A stretch of 49,179 bases of DNA from a virus. Its lineage: Duplodnaviria; Heunggongvirae; Uroviricota; Caudoviricetes. Positions 10,134-18,968 of this stretch are shown in pieces. The position numbers and the translations under genes are program-made. The DNA lies in IMG/VR virus record IMGVR_UViG_3300021600_000004. The stretch is one strand, 5' to 3'. How positions within the stretch are numbered: position 1 is the first letter of the stretch; the number at the start of each line of letters is the position of its first letter. The notes under the pieces were generated by a model. The model had not been told where the DNA came from. It made no database searches and worked only from the letters and a program-made list of their open reading frames with translations.

Positions 10134-10432
10134 TATACAATAATGATATAGATCCAAATGTAAAAATGTGGGAAAATCAAGACAGTGATCAAATAGTGTT
10201 AGAAGTGATTGAAAAATATTCTCAGAGAAGTGGTGTTGGTATTCTTAAATATGGTACCACACTAGAACAGAATAATCATGACAACTATCTTAAACATCTC
10301 CAGGAAGAATTAATGGATGCCACTCTTTATTTACAAAAGCTAATGAGCTTAAATAAAGAAATAACCAACTTGGTTAAACAGCATTCTAATAATGCAGAAC
10401 TAGGAGAAAAAATAAGAGAGTTAGTTAGTTAG
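10130..10432 (+). CDS. MazG-like / all-alpha NTP pyrophosphohydrolase-type protein
   Basis: R...G..KYGTTL......L.HLQEELMDA..Y motif (EExxD metal site). Confidence 0.55.
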   Translation: MIYNNDIDPNVKMWENQDSDQIVLEVIEKYSQRSGVGILKYGTTLEQNNHDNYLKHLQEELMDATLYLQKLMSLNKEITNLVKQHSNNAELGEKIRELVS

Positions 10433-10455
10433 AATTTTTCAATTCTCTTGGATGG

Positions 10456-10495
10456 TAAGGGGGTATGCATTACTTTTGCAACCCCCTTATTTATA
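10456..10495 (+). terminator. strong hairpin between the MazG-like gene and RNR (terminator or leader structure)
   Basis: TAAGGGGGT-a-TGCA-ttacttt-TGCA-ACCCCCTTA followed by TTTAT. Confidence 0.6.
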
Positions 10496-10513
10496 ACAAT
10501 TAAACAAAAACAC

Positions 10514-12466
10514 ATGGATTTAGGATTAGAAGCATTAAGTAAAATTACAGTGTTTAGCAAATATGCTAAATACAACCCAAAGCTTAAACGAAGAGAAACT
10601 TGGGATGAGATAGTTGACAGGTATCAAGTAATGATGATCAAGAAATATCCTAAATTAGAAGCAGCAATAATAGAAAGTGCTAAGTTTATCAGAGATAAGA
10701 AGGTGTTACCATCTATGAGAGCTCTGCAGTTTGCAGGACCAGCTATGGAAGTAAATAATGCAAGAGGTTATAACTGTGCTTATTTACCTGTTGACAGCTT
10801 GTACAGTTTCAGTGAGACTATGTTTTTGTTATTAGGTGGTTCTGGTGTAGGATTTTCTGTACAAAAGCATCATGTAGAGCAATTACCAGCTATTCAAAAA
10901 CAACACACATATAAACAGCGTAATTATTTAATTGAGGATTCTATCATGGGATGGGCTGATTCAGTTAAGATGTTAATGAAGTTTTATTTTGAAGGAGGAT
11001 TTAAGCCTAAGTTTGATTTTAGATCTATCCGTCATAAAGGAGCTAGATTAGTAACAGCTGGTGGTAAAGCACCTGGACCAGAACCATTAAAGATTGCATT
11101 AACTCATATTGATGCTATTATGGAAAGAAAGGAAGATGGTAGTAAACTATCTCCTTTAGAAGCTCATGATATTATGTGTCATATAGCTAATTCTGTTCTT
11201 GCAGGTGGCATTAGAAGAAGTGCAATGATTAGTTTGTTTAGCCATGATGATGAGGAAATGATTACATGCAAATATGGAGCATGGTGGGAACTAAATGAAC
11301 AAAGAGGTAGAAGTAATAATAGTGCTGTTTTAGAAAGAGGTTCTGTAGGAGAAGAAGAGTTTAAAGCTCTATGGAAAAGAATTGAGGCTAGTGGATCTGG
11401 AGAACCAGGAATCTATTGGACAAATGATAAAGATTGGGGAACTAATCCTTGTTGTGAAATAGGCTTAAGACCTTTTCAATTCTGTAATCTGTGCGAGCTA
11501 AATGTGTCAGATGTGGCAGATCAGGCAGATCTTAATGATAGAGTGGCTGTAGCATCATTCTTTGGTACATTACAGGCAGGTTTCTATGATTTCCACTACT
11601 TACGTCCTATATGGGCTAAGACCACTGCTAAAGACGCTTTATTGGGAATTGGTATGACAGGTATAGGTAGTGGAGAAATTCTTAAATACAACCTAGAACT
11701 AGTGGCACATACAGCTAAAACAGTTAATAGAGATGTATCTTCTATGATAGGAACTAATGAAGCAGCTAGACTTACATGTATTAAACCTTCTGGTACAACA
11801 TCATTGGTGTTAGGAACAGCAAGTGGTATTCATGCATGGCATGCTCCTTATTATTTAAGAACTATGCGTTTTAATAAGAATGAAGACATAGCTATGTATC
11901 TAGAGATAAATCATCCTGAACTATGTGAAGATGATATTCTACGTCCAAAAGATACATTGTGTGTACGTATTCCTGTTAAAGCTCCAGAAGGAAGTATATT
12001 CAGAACTGAATCAGCTATTGATACACTTGAGCGTGTTAAGAAGTTCTCTAAAGAATGGATCATTCCAGGACACACTGGTGGTGCTAATACACATAATGTA
12101 AGTGCTACAATATCTATTGATAAGAATAGAACTTATCCTTCTGTATTTAAGACTGATGTTATTATAGATAACCATTCAAATCCTATAATAGAGGAATTTT
12201 TAGAGGACTCTTTAGATGAATGGGAAGTTGTAGGAGAATGGATGTGGGAGAATAGAAATGTGTACAACGGACTAAGTGTTTTACCATTTAGTGACCATAG
12301 TTATGTACAAGCTCCTTTTGAAGATATTACTAAAGAGCAATATGAAGAAAAGATCCTATCTTTACAATCTGTAGATCTTACAAAGGTGATGGAATTAGAT
12401 GATAGTGTAGACTTTGGTGCTATTGCTGCATGCAGTGGTCCTGAAGGATGCGAAATCAATATATAA
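10514..12466 (+). CDS. nrdJ: class II (adenosylcobalamin-dependent) monomeric ribonucleoside-triphosphate reductase
   Basis: VLPSMRALQFAG, YNCAY, GSGVGFS, GTNPCCEI (thiyl Cys), FCNLCELN, TCIKPSGT and C-terminal CSGPEGC; ATG at 10514. Confidence 0.92.
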   Translation: MDLGLEALSKITVFSKYAKYNPKLKRRETWDEIVDRYQVMMIKKYPKLEAAIIESAKFIRDKKVLPSMRALQFAGPAMEVNNARGYNCAYLPVDSLYSFSETMFLLLGGSGVGFSVQKHHVEQLPAIQKQHTYKQRNYLIEDSIMGWADSVKMLMKFYFEGGFKPKFDFRSIRHKGARLVTAGGKAPGPEPLKIALTHIDAIMERKEDGSKLSPLEAHDIMCHIANSVLAGGIRRSAMISLFSHDDEEMITCKYGAWWELNEQRGRSNNSAVLERGSVGEEEFKALWKRIEASGSGEPGIYWTNDKDWGTNPCCEIGLRPFQFCNLCELNVSDVADQADLNDRVAVASFFGTLQAGFYDFHYLRPIWAKTTAKDALLGIGMTGIGSGEILKYNLELVAHTAKTVNRDVSSMIGTNEAARLTCIKPSGTTSLVLGTASGIHAWHAPYYLRTMRFNKNEDIAMYLEINHPELCEDDILRPKDTLCVRIPVKAPEGSIFRTESAIDTLERVKKFSKEWIIPGHTGGANTHNVSATISIDKNRTYPSVFKTDVIIDNHSNPIIEEFLEDSLDEWEVVGEWMWENRNVYNGLSVLPFSDHSYVQAPFEDITKEQYEEKILSLQSVDLTKVMELDDSVDFGAIAACSGPEGCEINI

Positions 12467-12512
12467 TATTTGTGTGTTCGTTTGTTTTCTTTCATTTTAA
12501 TTGTGATTTGTC

Positions 12513-12545
12513 AAAACCCTGGAATATCTATTCTAGGGTTTTTTA
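12513..12545 (+). terminator. intrinsic terminator after RNR
   Basis: AAAACCCTGGAA-tatcta-TTCTAGGGTTTT plus TT. Confidence 0.8.
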
Positions 12546-12593
12546 TTTCATAAATTAATGTAGAAAAGATGTCAATATTCACAAAAAAATTAG

Positions 12594-12601
12594 TATATTT
12601 G
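12594..12601 (+). promoter_or_regulatory. Bacteroidota-type -7 element TAnnTTTG upstream of recA
   Basis: TATATTTG 21 nt upstream of the ATG; no clear -33 TTTG. Confidence 0.5.
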
Positions 12602-12622
12602 TAAACACAAAAACAATTAAAT

Positions 12623-13660
12623 ATGGCAAAAGCAGCTAAGGCTCAAGAGGGCTCAATCTCTAAATTTCAAGATGCACTAGATAAGCTAAATAAAGCTTAT
12701 GGTGAAGGAACTGTTCTTACATTAGACAGTAAATCAAATGGTAATTATGATTTAATTTCCACTGGTAGTGTAGGCTTTGATAGTATTACACTTGGTGTTG
12801 GTGGGTTTGTTAAGGGTAAGCTCTATGAGTTGATGGGCTGGGAAGGTTCAGGTAAGTCTACAATATGTGGACATGCTGTTGCTGAATGCCAAAAGAAGGG
12901 TGGAACAGTGTTATACATTGATGGTGAGCATGCTGTAGATAAGAAGTATTTTGAGACTATTGGTGTTGATACATCTAAAATGTTAATTGCTCAACCAAGT
13001 TGTGGTGAAGAAGGTTTCCAAGTTGCTATGGATATGATTAATACAGGAAACATTGATCTTGTTATTATTGACAGTGATTCATCATTGATTCCTAAGAAGG
13101 TGTTAGATGGTGATGTAGGAGATAGCTCAATTGGTAAGAAAGCATTGTTAAATAGTAATGCCTATCCAAAATTAAAGAGTGCTCTATCAGAACACAATGT
13201 TTGTGTTATTGTTGTTAGTCAATATCGTGAGAAAATAGGAATGATGTTTGGTAATCCAACCACTACACAGGGAGGACATGCTCTTAAGTTTTATAGTGAT
13301 GCAAGAATTGAGGTGAGTAAATCTGCAGCTAAAGAAGGAGATGTTCAATATGGTAATATCACTAAGGTGAAATGTACTAAGAATAAAATGTCTGCTCCTT
13401 ATAGACTATCTAATTTTGAAATTGTTTATGGTGTAGGTATTGATAAACTAAAGGAAATCATGGATCTTTTAAATGATTTTGAACTTGGTAGAAAGTATGG
13501 TAAAACATTCACTTTTAATGAGATTAAATATGATCTTGAAGAGTTCAAAGCAATGTTAATGGATAATGAAGAATTCTATGCTTCTGTTAAAGACCAAATT
13601 ATAAACAAAATTAATAAAACTGAAATCAAAATTGAAGAAGATGTTATTAGTGAAATTTAA
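12623..13660 (+). CDS. recA: RecA/UvsX recombinase
   Basis: GWEGSGKST Walker A, YIDGEHA, LVIIDS Walker B, TTQGGHALKFYSDARI and KNK motifs. Confidence 0.95.
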   Translation: MAKAAKAQEGSISKFQDALDKLNKAYGEGTVLTLDSKSNGNYDLISTGSVGFDSITLGVGGFVKGKLYELMGWEGSGKSTICGHAVAECQKKGGTVLYIDGEHAVDKKYFETIGVDTSKMLIAQPSCGEEGFQVAMDMINTGNIDLVIIDSDSSLIPKKVLDGDVGDSSIGKKALLNSNAYPKLKSALSEHNVCVIVVSQYREKIGMMFGNPTTTQGGHALKFYSDARIEVSKSAAKEGDVQYGNITKVKCTKNKMSAPYRLSNFEIVYGVGIDKLKEIMDLLNDFELGRKYGKTFTFNEIKYDLEEFKAMLMDNEEFYASVKDQIINKINKTEIKIEEDVISEI

Positions 13661-14081
13661 GAAGAAGGAATATAATACATTAATGCCTGTAAAAGGTTCT
13701 GAAAATGCAGCATGTTATGATGTATATGCTCATAGTATAACATTCCCTAGTCCTAACAAAATTTGTATAGGACTGGGATTCTCTACAGAAATCCCTGAAG
13801 GATATAAAGGAATCATTGTTCCTAGAAGTAATCTAACAAAACATGAATGGGTTATGAATAATAGCTTTGGTGTTATTGATAGTGACTATCGTGGTGAATG
13901 GATGATGATACTATCATCTTTAAAAGAAGATATGACTAGTAATCCTCTTCCTTATGGTGTAGGTGATAGAGTGGCACAGATATATTTTGAAGAAGTGTTA
14001 AGTGTTAAATTTATAGAAACAGATGAACTATCAGATAGCACTAGAGGAACTGGTGGGTTTGGTAGTACAGGAATCAAATAA
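13641..14081 (+). CDS. dut: trimeric dUTPase
   Basis: AACYDV, PRSNL, GVIDSDYRGE, GDRVAQ and RGTGGFGSTG (motifs I-V); likely ATG at 13641. Confidence 0.95.
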   Translation: MLLVKFKKKEYNTLMPVKGSENAACYDVYAHSITFPSPNKICIGLGFSTEIPEGYKGIIVPRSNLTKHEWVMNNSFGVIDSDYRGEWMMILSSLKEDMTSNPLPYGVGDRVAQIYFEEVLSVKFIETDELSDSTRGTGGFGSTGIK

Positions 14082-14084
14082 ACT

Positions 14085-14303
14085 ATGAGTATAATATCAA
14101 CTGTTACAGAAGCTGACATGAAGCTTTTTAAAAAACAATATGTTAACCTTCCTGATGTAAGAGAAGAAATCAAGCGACTTGATTCAATAACTCCTACAAA
14201 CAAACGTACTAAAGAGTATAAGGAATGGAAGAAAGACATTAATTTCCTAATTGATATGTATAACACTAGAGTGGGATATACATATTATGAAAAAATCAAA
14301 TAA
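14085..14303 (+). CDS. hypothetical protein
   Basis: 72 aa ORF in the operon. Confidence 0.65.
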   Translation: MSIISTVTEADMKLFKKQYVNLPDVREEIKRLDSITPTNKRTKEYKEWKKDINFLIDMYNTRVGYTYYEKIK

Positions 14304-14683
14304 TGGATTCAGTAGAATTAACAAAGATTAAAGAATACCAGCGTGAGTTTTTAACTATGTATGATAAGAAGTTACACATTGATTGGATGGCTATGAAGGG
14401 CCTACCTAGGTTTGAGAGAGGTATCATAGTGAGAGGTGAAGATGATAGAAGACCTTTAGATCCACAACAGTTGCTTGATGAGTGTTTAACAAAGCATGAT
14501 GCTGATATTAATATAATACGAGATAGAAAACACAGATTACAATACAGTGAGTATGATAAAGAGAAAAGAGCTGTAATGGAATATTCATCTTTAGTATTAT
14601 ATAATAAAATTAATATTCGCAAAGCAGCTAAGTTGATTAACAGAGACAGAACTTGCTTATATCACTATTCAGGAGTTAAATAA
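14303..14683 (+). CDS. putative HTH protein, C-terminus resembling DnaA domain IV
   Basis: C-terminal AAKLINRDRTCLYHY resembles the IG..F.RDHTTV.H recognition helix. Confidence 0.45.
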   Translation: MDSVELTKIKEYQREFLTMYDKKLHIDWMAMKGLPRFERGIIVRGEDDRRPLDPQQLLDECLTKHDADINIIRDRKHRLQYSEYDKEKRAVMEYSSLVLYNKINIRKAAKLINRDRTCLYHYSGVK

Positions 14684-15084
14684 TGGCTAAAAGTAAATGT
14701 TTAACCTGTGGTAAAAATTGTGAAGGAACCCATTGTTTTATCCATAAAACCAGGAAACCACTAGCTCAGACTAAAATGTTGATTATTCCAAATAAGTCTG
14801 CCCAAAATATTGAGAGTATTCAACAGATGCAAGATTTCTTTCTATCTATATGGAAAGAAAGAACGTATAAGTCTGAGATTAGTGGAGACCATTTAGGAAA
14901 AGAACCTCTATCTACATTCTTTCATCATATTCTAGCAAAAGAAAAATATCCTCAAGCTAAATTAGATGAGGAAAATATCATACTTTTGACACTAGATGAA
15001 CACACTAATGTAGAAAGTGATATATACAAGTATGAAGAAGTTAATAGAAGACGTGAATATTTAAAAACTAAATACAATGTATAA
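14683..15084 (+). CDS. HNH-fold nuclease-like protein with N-terminal Zn finger
   Basis: CLTC...C..H at the N-terminus; FHHILAKEKYP...DEENIILL....H core. Confidence 0.6.
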   Translation: MAKSKCLTCGKNCEGTHCFIHKTRKPLAQTKMLIIPNKSAQNIESIQQMQDFFLSIWKERTYKSEISGDHLGKEPLSTFFHHILAKEKYPQAKLDEENIILLTLDEHTNVESDIYKYEEVNRRREYLKTKYNV

Positions 15085-15490
15085 ATTATTATTGCTTTTA
15101 TTACTTGTAGGATGTGATTCTGGATTAGGTGTTAAGTATCGAATAGTTACAATCAGTAGTGGTACATTTGATTTAGATGTAAATGTGATTATTACAGATG
15201 ATACAGCATTTGCTCTTAAATATGTTAAAGAGAATCTAGATAGTACAATTATATCAGAAGCATTTGATTCTAGAGCCACTACATTCACTACAATAGATGG
15301 TAAACCTCCTATTATATGGATACCTTACAACACTCCTATATCAGTGATTAATCATGAGCTTTTACATGCTACATTTAATATCATGCATTGGGCTAATGTA
15401 CCATTTAATGACACTACAGAAGAAGTGTATGCATATGAAATGCAATACCTTTCAGAAGAATTTTATAACCAAATAAACAAAATAAAATGA
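15077..15490 (+). CDS. putative lipoprotein with zincin HExxH motif
   Basis: MYKLLLLLLLVG-C lipobox; INHELLHAT...EEVYAY. Confidence 0.6.
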   Translation: MYKLLLLLLLVGCDSGLGVKYRIVTISSGTFDLDVNVIITDDTAFALKYVKENLDSTIISEAFDSRATTFTTIDGKPPIIWIPYNTPISVINHELLHATFNIMHWANVPFNDTTEEVYAYEMQYLSEEFYNQINKIK

Positions 15491-15750
15491 GCCAATTCTT
15501 TTACACAAGAAAGACAGATGACAAAAGCTATACAGATAGCTTTAATCTAAACAAAGTGATTAGGTCTGTAGAAATGGAAGACAACAGTCTTTTGATTCTA
15601 TTAGATGATATGCATGAGCGTAGTGAAAATGTTCCAGAAATTGATCCTAAGACTAATAAGATGAAGGGATATAAGAGAGAACGTAAGGTGTATCAATCAG
15701 AGATTACACTAGAGGGTGATGACATTATTAAATTTAGAGCAATCAATTAA
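15487..15750 (+). CDS. hypothetical protein
   Basis: 87 aa ORF with ATGA overlap. Confidence 0.7.
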   Translation: MSQFFYTRKTDDKSYTDSFNLNKVIRSVEMEDNSLLILLDDMHERSENVPEIDPKTNKMKGYKRERKVYQSEITLEGDDIIKFRAIN

Positions 15751-15751
15751 T

Positions 15752-16495
15752 ATGTATCCATTTATATCATGTAAATGTATAACCTATGGTAGAATAGTTA
15801 CGCTTGAGGAGAGTGTTGAATCTTTCCTCAAGCAAGACTATCCTGCAGATAGATGTGAGCTTATAATAGTTAATGACTATCCTTTACAAACTCTTGTATT
15901 TGATCATCCTCAAATTAAGATAGTTAACCTAGACAAAACATTTGATACTATAGGTGAAAAGGAAAACTATGCAACAGAATTATGTCAAGGAGATATAATA
16001 TGTCAATGGGATGATGATGATGTAGCTCTACCACACCATTTAAAGAATGTAGCTAAATACATGACTGATAAGGTGAATATTATTCACTGGGAAACAGGAG
16101 TGTTATGTCATGTTACAGGTATTGAACAGGTTGGTTGGATAGGTAACTCTGGTATTGTATTTAGAAAGTCAGCTTGGAAAGCTATAGGAGGACATCCTCT
16201 TGAGAATGCTGGATATGATATGACATTTATTGAACGTATTAATGCACATGGAGGAAGACTATTTGTTAAACTTCCTAAAGAAGAAGCAAGTTGGTTCTAT
16301 ATGTGGGGAGGTAGAGGTTATCATATGAGTGGTGAAGGTACAGATCATTCTGGAAAACTCAATGCTATACAAAGACACAGTGCTCATATTGAAAGAGAAA
16401 GAAGTAAAGGAAATATTCCTACAGGAGATGTTCAATTAAATCCTTGTTGGAAGATAGACTATGTAGATTTATTAAAGACATATTTAAACTTATAA
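15752..16495 (+). CDS. GT-A fold glycosyltransferase (GT2-like)
   Basis: ISCKCITYGR...LEESVESFLKQDYP...ELIIVND, G...N...G DIICQWDDDD (DxD), GYD..F; ATG at 15752. Confidence 0.85.
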   Translation: MYPFISCKCITYGRIVTLEESVESFLKQDYPADRCELIIVNDYPLQTLVFDHPQIKIVNLDKTFDTIGEKENYATELCQGDIICQWDDDDVALPHHLKNVAKYMTDKVNIIHWETGVLCHVTGIEQVGWIGNSGIVFRKSAWKAIGGHPLENAGYDMTFIERINAHGGRLFVKLPKEEASWFYMWGGRGYHMSGEGTDHSGKLNAIQRHSAHIERERSKGNIPTGDVQLNPCWKIDYVDLLKTYLNL

Positions 16496-16496
16496 A

Positions 16497-17033
16497 ATGG
16501 CACATCCAGAACAAAGAACATTCATGACATATGTAAAAGATAAGTTTCCTAAAAAGTTTGTTAATTGTAGAGTGCTAGATATTGGTTCATTAGATATTAA
16601 TGGAAACAATAGATATTTATTTACAGATTATAAATACATTGGTGTAGATATTGGTGCAGGAAAGAATGTAGATATTGTATGTAGAGGACATGAATTCAAA
16701 GACTCTGAAGGATTTGATATTGTTATATCAGCTGAATGTTTTGAACATGATGAGTTCTGGAAGGATACAATTAAAAACTGTATTGCTTTAACTAAACCAG
16801 GGGGAGTGTTTTTGTTTAGCTGTGCTACAACAGGAAGACCTGAACATGGTACACGTAGAACAAGTCCTCAAGACTCTCCATTTACATCCTTAATAGAAAA
16901 TGATTATTACATGAATCTCACAGAACAAGATGTTCGTGAAGAGATAGATATGGAAAACCATTTCTCTGAGCATGAATTTATTGCTAGAGAAACATGGCCT
17001 CAAGATTTATATTTTTGGGGAATAAAGAAATAG
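16497..17033 (+). CDS. class I SAM-dependent methyltransferase
   Basis: VLDIGS, GVDI, FDIVISAECFEHD and KPGG motifs. Confidence 0.88.
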   Translation: MAHPEQRTFMTYVKDKFPKKFVNCRVLDIGSLDINGNNRYLFTDYKYIGVDIGAGKNVDIVCRGHEFKDSEGFDIVISAECFEHDEFWKDTIKNCIALTKPGGVFLFSCATTGRPEHGTRRTSPQDSPFTSLIENDYYMNLTEQDVREEIDMENHFSEHEFIARETWPQDLYFWGIKK

Positions 17034-17063
17034 AAAAAGCCCCTAATTTATAGGGGCCTTTTT
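17034..17063. terminator. bidirectional intrinsic terminator at the junction of the convergent blocks
   Basis: AAAAA-GCCCCTA-attta-TAGGGGC-cTTTTT. Confidence 0.8.
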
Positions 17064-17141
17064 ATTACTACTTTCTAAGCACATAGGACAAGTGTCTCCC
17101 TGCTCATGTTCATAATGTATTTCATGTATAGGACAGATCAT
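17043..17141 (-). CDS. tiny Zn-finger-like peptide (32 aa)
   Basis: Read manually: MICPIHEIHYEHEQGDTCPMCLESSNKKAPIN*; ATGA coupling to the upstream ORF. Confidence 0.45.
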   Translation of the reverse strand: MICPIHEIHYEHEQGDTCPMCLESSNKKAPIN

Positions 17142-17308
17142 TTTGATAACTTTTTACCAGTCATAGGAGCCATAGGAGATTTTCCTTTGCTCTTAGGGCT
17201 ATCACTCTCTTTCATATAATTACCGTTAATAGGTTTAGGAGGAGCTACCTTTGGTGCTTTTCTTGGTGCACCAGATTTCTTAGCTTTACCAGATGTCATT
17301 CCTGCCAT
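17138..17308 (-). CDS. small basic K/P-rich protein (56 aa)
   Basis: Read manually: MAGMTSGKAKKSGAPRKAPKVAPPKP...KKLSK*. Confidence 0.65.
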   Translation of the reverse strand: MAGMTSGKAKKSGAPRKAPKVAPPKPINGNYMKESDSPKSKGKSPMAPMTGKKLSK

Positions 17309-17309
17309 A

Positions 17310-17753
17310 TTATTTCTTTTTCATTGATTTACCACAACTAGCACAAGGCATTGCTTTCTTTGCAACCTTTGCACCTTTCTTAGCAATAACACCTCTACCT
17401 TTTAATACATCAGCTTTAGTGATTTTACCATCTTTGTTTAAATCAGGAAATGAACCACCAGATTTTGCTTTTGCCATTTTACCACCGTTTTTTTGTTTTG
17501 GTTTATATTCAGGTAATTTATTGTATTCCTTTTTATCAATATCTTTCATACCCATAGGTTTGTTATTGATAGCAGGATTAGCTTTAGGAGCATATTTACC
17601 TTTGCCAGATTGTTTATCTAACATATCAGCCATACTATCTTGTCTTTTCAAGAATTCTTTTCTATCAACAAGATCACCCATTTCTGTTCTAGCTTTGTCT
17701 TTAGGAACATCTTTTCCCATTTGTGCTTTTGCAAGCTTCTTAATAGTTGCCAT
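17310..17753 (-). CDS. basic protein with KxGG motifs and an EF-hand-like loop
   Basis: MATIKK..., KNGG, KSGG, DLNKDGKITKAD. Confidence 0.75.
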   Translation of the reverse strand: MATIKKLAKAQMGKDVPKDKARTEMGDLVDRKEFLKRQDSMADMLDKQSGKGKYAPKANPAINNKPMGMKDIDKKEYNKLPEYKPKQKNGGKMAKAKSGGSFPDLNKDGKITKADVLKGRGVIAKKGAKVAKKAMPCASCGKSMKKK

Positions 17754-17755
17754 GA

Positions 17756-18199
17756 TTATTTAGATTTAATTGCTTTTTTAACAGCTTTAACAGCTTTTAC
17801 CACTTTCATAGCTTTAGCTATTTTACCACCTGCTTTATAACCTGCAGGTTTGTTCTTACTATATCCCATTGATTTCATACCTGCTTCACGAGTAGGTTCA
17901 TATGCAGCAGACATACTATCTCTAGATGCTTTATCTTTAACAGCATCATATCCTTTACTAGCAGCATTCATTTGAGACATTGCTTCATTTCTATCATATT
18001 TTGGTGTAGCAGGTGCAGCAGCTTTTCTTTTTGCTAAGAATTCTGCTATTTCCTTACCATTTTGAGCTTTTGCCATTTTACCACCTTTTTTCATCATTGG
18101 ACCACCGCCCATAGGAGGAGCTTGCATAGGTGCTTGCATTGGAGCAGCCATAGCTTTCTTAGGAGCTGCTTTTTTCATAGATTTTTTAACTGTTGCCAT
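17756..18199 (-). CDS. basic K/A/M-rich protein (histone-like composition)
   Basis: MATVKKSMKKAAPKK..., KKGG, KAGG, KAVKKAIKSK. Confidence 0.75.
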   Translation of the reverse strand: MATVKKSMKKAAPKKAMAAPMQAPMQAPPMGGGPMMKKGGKMAKAQNGKEIAEFLAKRKAAAPATPKYDRNEAMSQMNAASKGYDAVKDKASRDSMSAAYEPTREAGMKSMGYSKNKPAGYKAGGKIAKAMKVVKAVKAVKKAIKSK

Positions 18200-18204
18200 T
18201 TTAT

Positions 18205-18810
18205 TTAATTTTTAAATTTTGGTATAATTGTTCCCACTGAATATGTTGCACCTACTGGTGCTTGAGTTACAGATGTTTGACCTTTGTGAGCTCTTAATGC
18301 TCTACGCATTGGAAAAGCTAATTCATTAAGTGGACCATAACATTTTGCTAATGTTACTCCATTAACCTTCTTTGGTAATAATGTACAAGGCATACACCAC
18401 ATATTACTCATGCTACTATCTGGTGCATCTGTAATTGTAAATGTACGATTAACTGTAGGTAAGTTTTCCCAAGTTGGTGCTTGAGCAACTGAATCATAAT
18501 ACCAAAAGAATGACCATACAGTTTTATCTGTACTATCTGGTGTGATTGAAGGATTAGGTACAAGAATTGTATTTGCAATAGAAGGACCATCCATTACAGG
18601 ACATACAGCACATCCTTCTAAGAACTTTTTACCTTCTACAATTATTGTGTCACCTGTGGGTGTTGCCCCTGATGCTCCACAAAATGCAAACTTACCAACA
18701 ACAACAGTTAATGCTGTATCATGAGCAACTTCTGAATTCTTTAACTTTTGTATCATAACTATAGCAACTATTGCTACAATTAATAATAACACTACTAATA
18801 TTTTTTTCAT
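18205..18810 (-). CDS. Cys-rich secreted or membrane-anchored protein of unknown function
   Basis: N-terminal MKK plus hydrophobic helix; six Cys (FC, GCAVC, WCMPC, KC). Confidence 0.7.
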   Translation of the reverse strand: MKKILVVLLLIVAIVAIVMIQKLKNSEVAHDTALTVVVGKFAFCGASGATPTGDTIIVEGKKFLEGCAVCPVMDGPSIANTILVPNPSITPDSTDKTVWSFFWYYDSVAQAPTWENLPTVNRTFTITDAPDSSMSNMWCMPCTLLPKKVNGVTLAKCYGPLNELAFPMRRALRAHKGQTSVTQAPVGATYSVGTIIPKFKN

Positions 18811-18956
18811 TATTTAGTTTTAGCTTTGATTTTCTTTTCTTGCTTAAGCATTTGTGGTGTAGGTTTCTTACCAGAACCTTTATTCTCACGAATTGAATCC
18901 CAAAGTCCTCTTTGAGAGGTAGAACCATCAGCACGTTTAATCATTTGTTTTGCCAT
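18810..18956 (-). CDS. small basic protein (48 aa)
   Basis: Read manually: MAKQMIKRADGSTSQRGLWDSIRENKGSGKKPTPQMLKQEKKIKAKTK*. Confidence 0.65.
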   Translation of the reverse strand: MAKQMIKRADGSTSQRGLWDSIRENKGSGKKPTPQMLKQEKKIKAKTK

Positions 18957-18968
18957 GATATTATTATT

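Noticed and set aside
10433-10513. Cobalamin riboswitch upstream of nrdJ
   Set aside because: The region is too short (81 nt) and lacks the B12-box and multi-helix core.
12301-12495. Minus-strand ORF MKENKRTHK... antisense to the RNR 3' end
   Set aside because: It is mostly antisense to nrdJ, has no promoter and has an unremarkable sequence.
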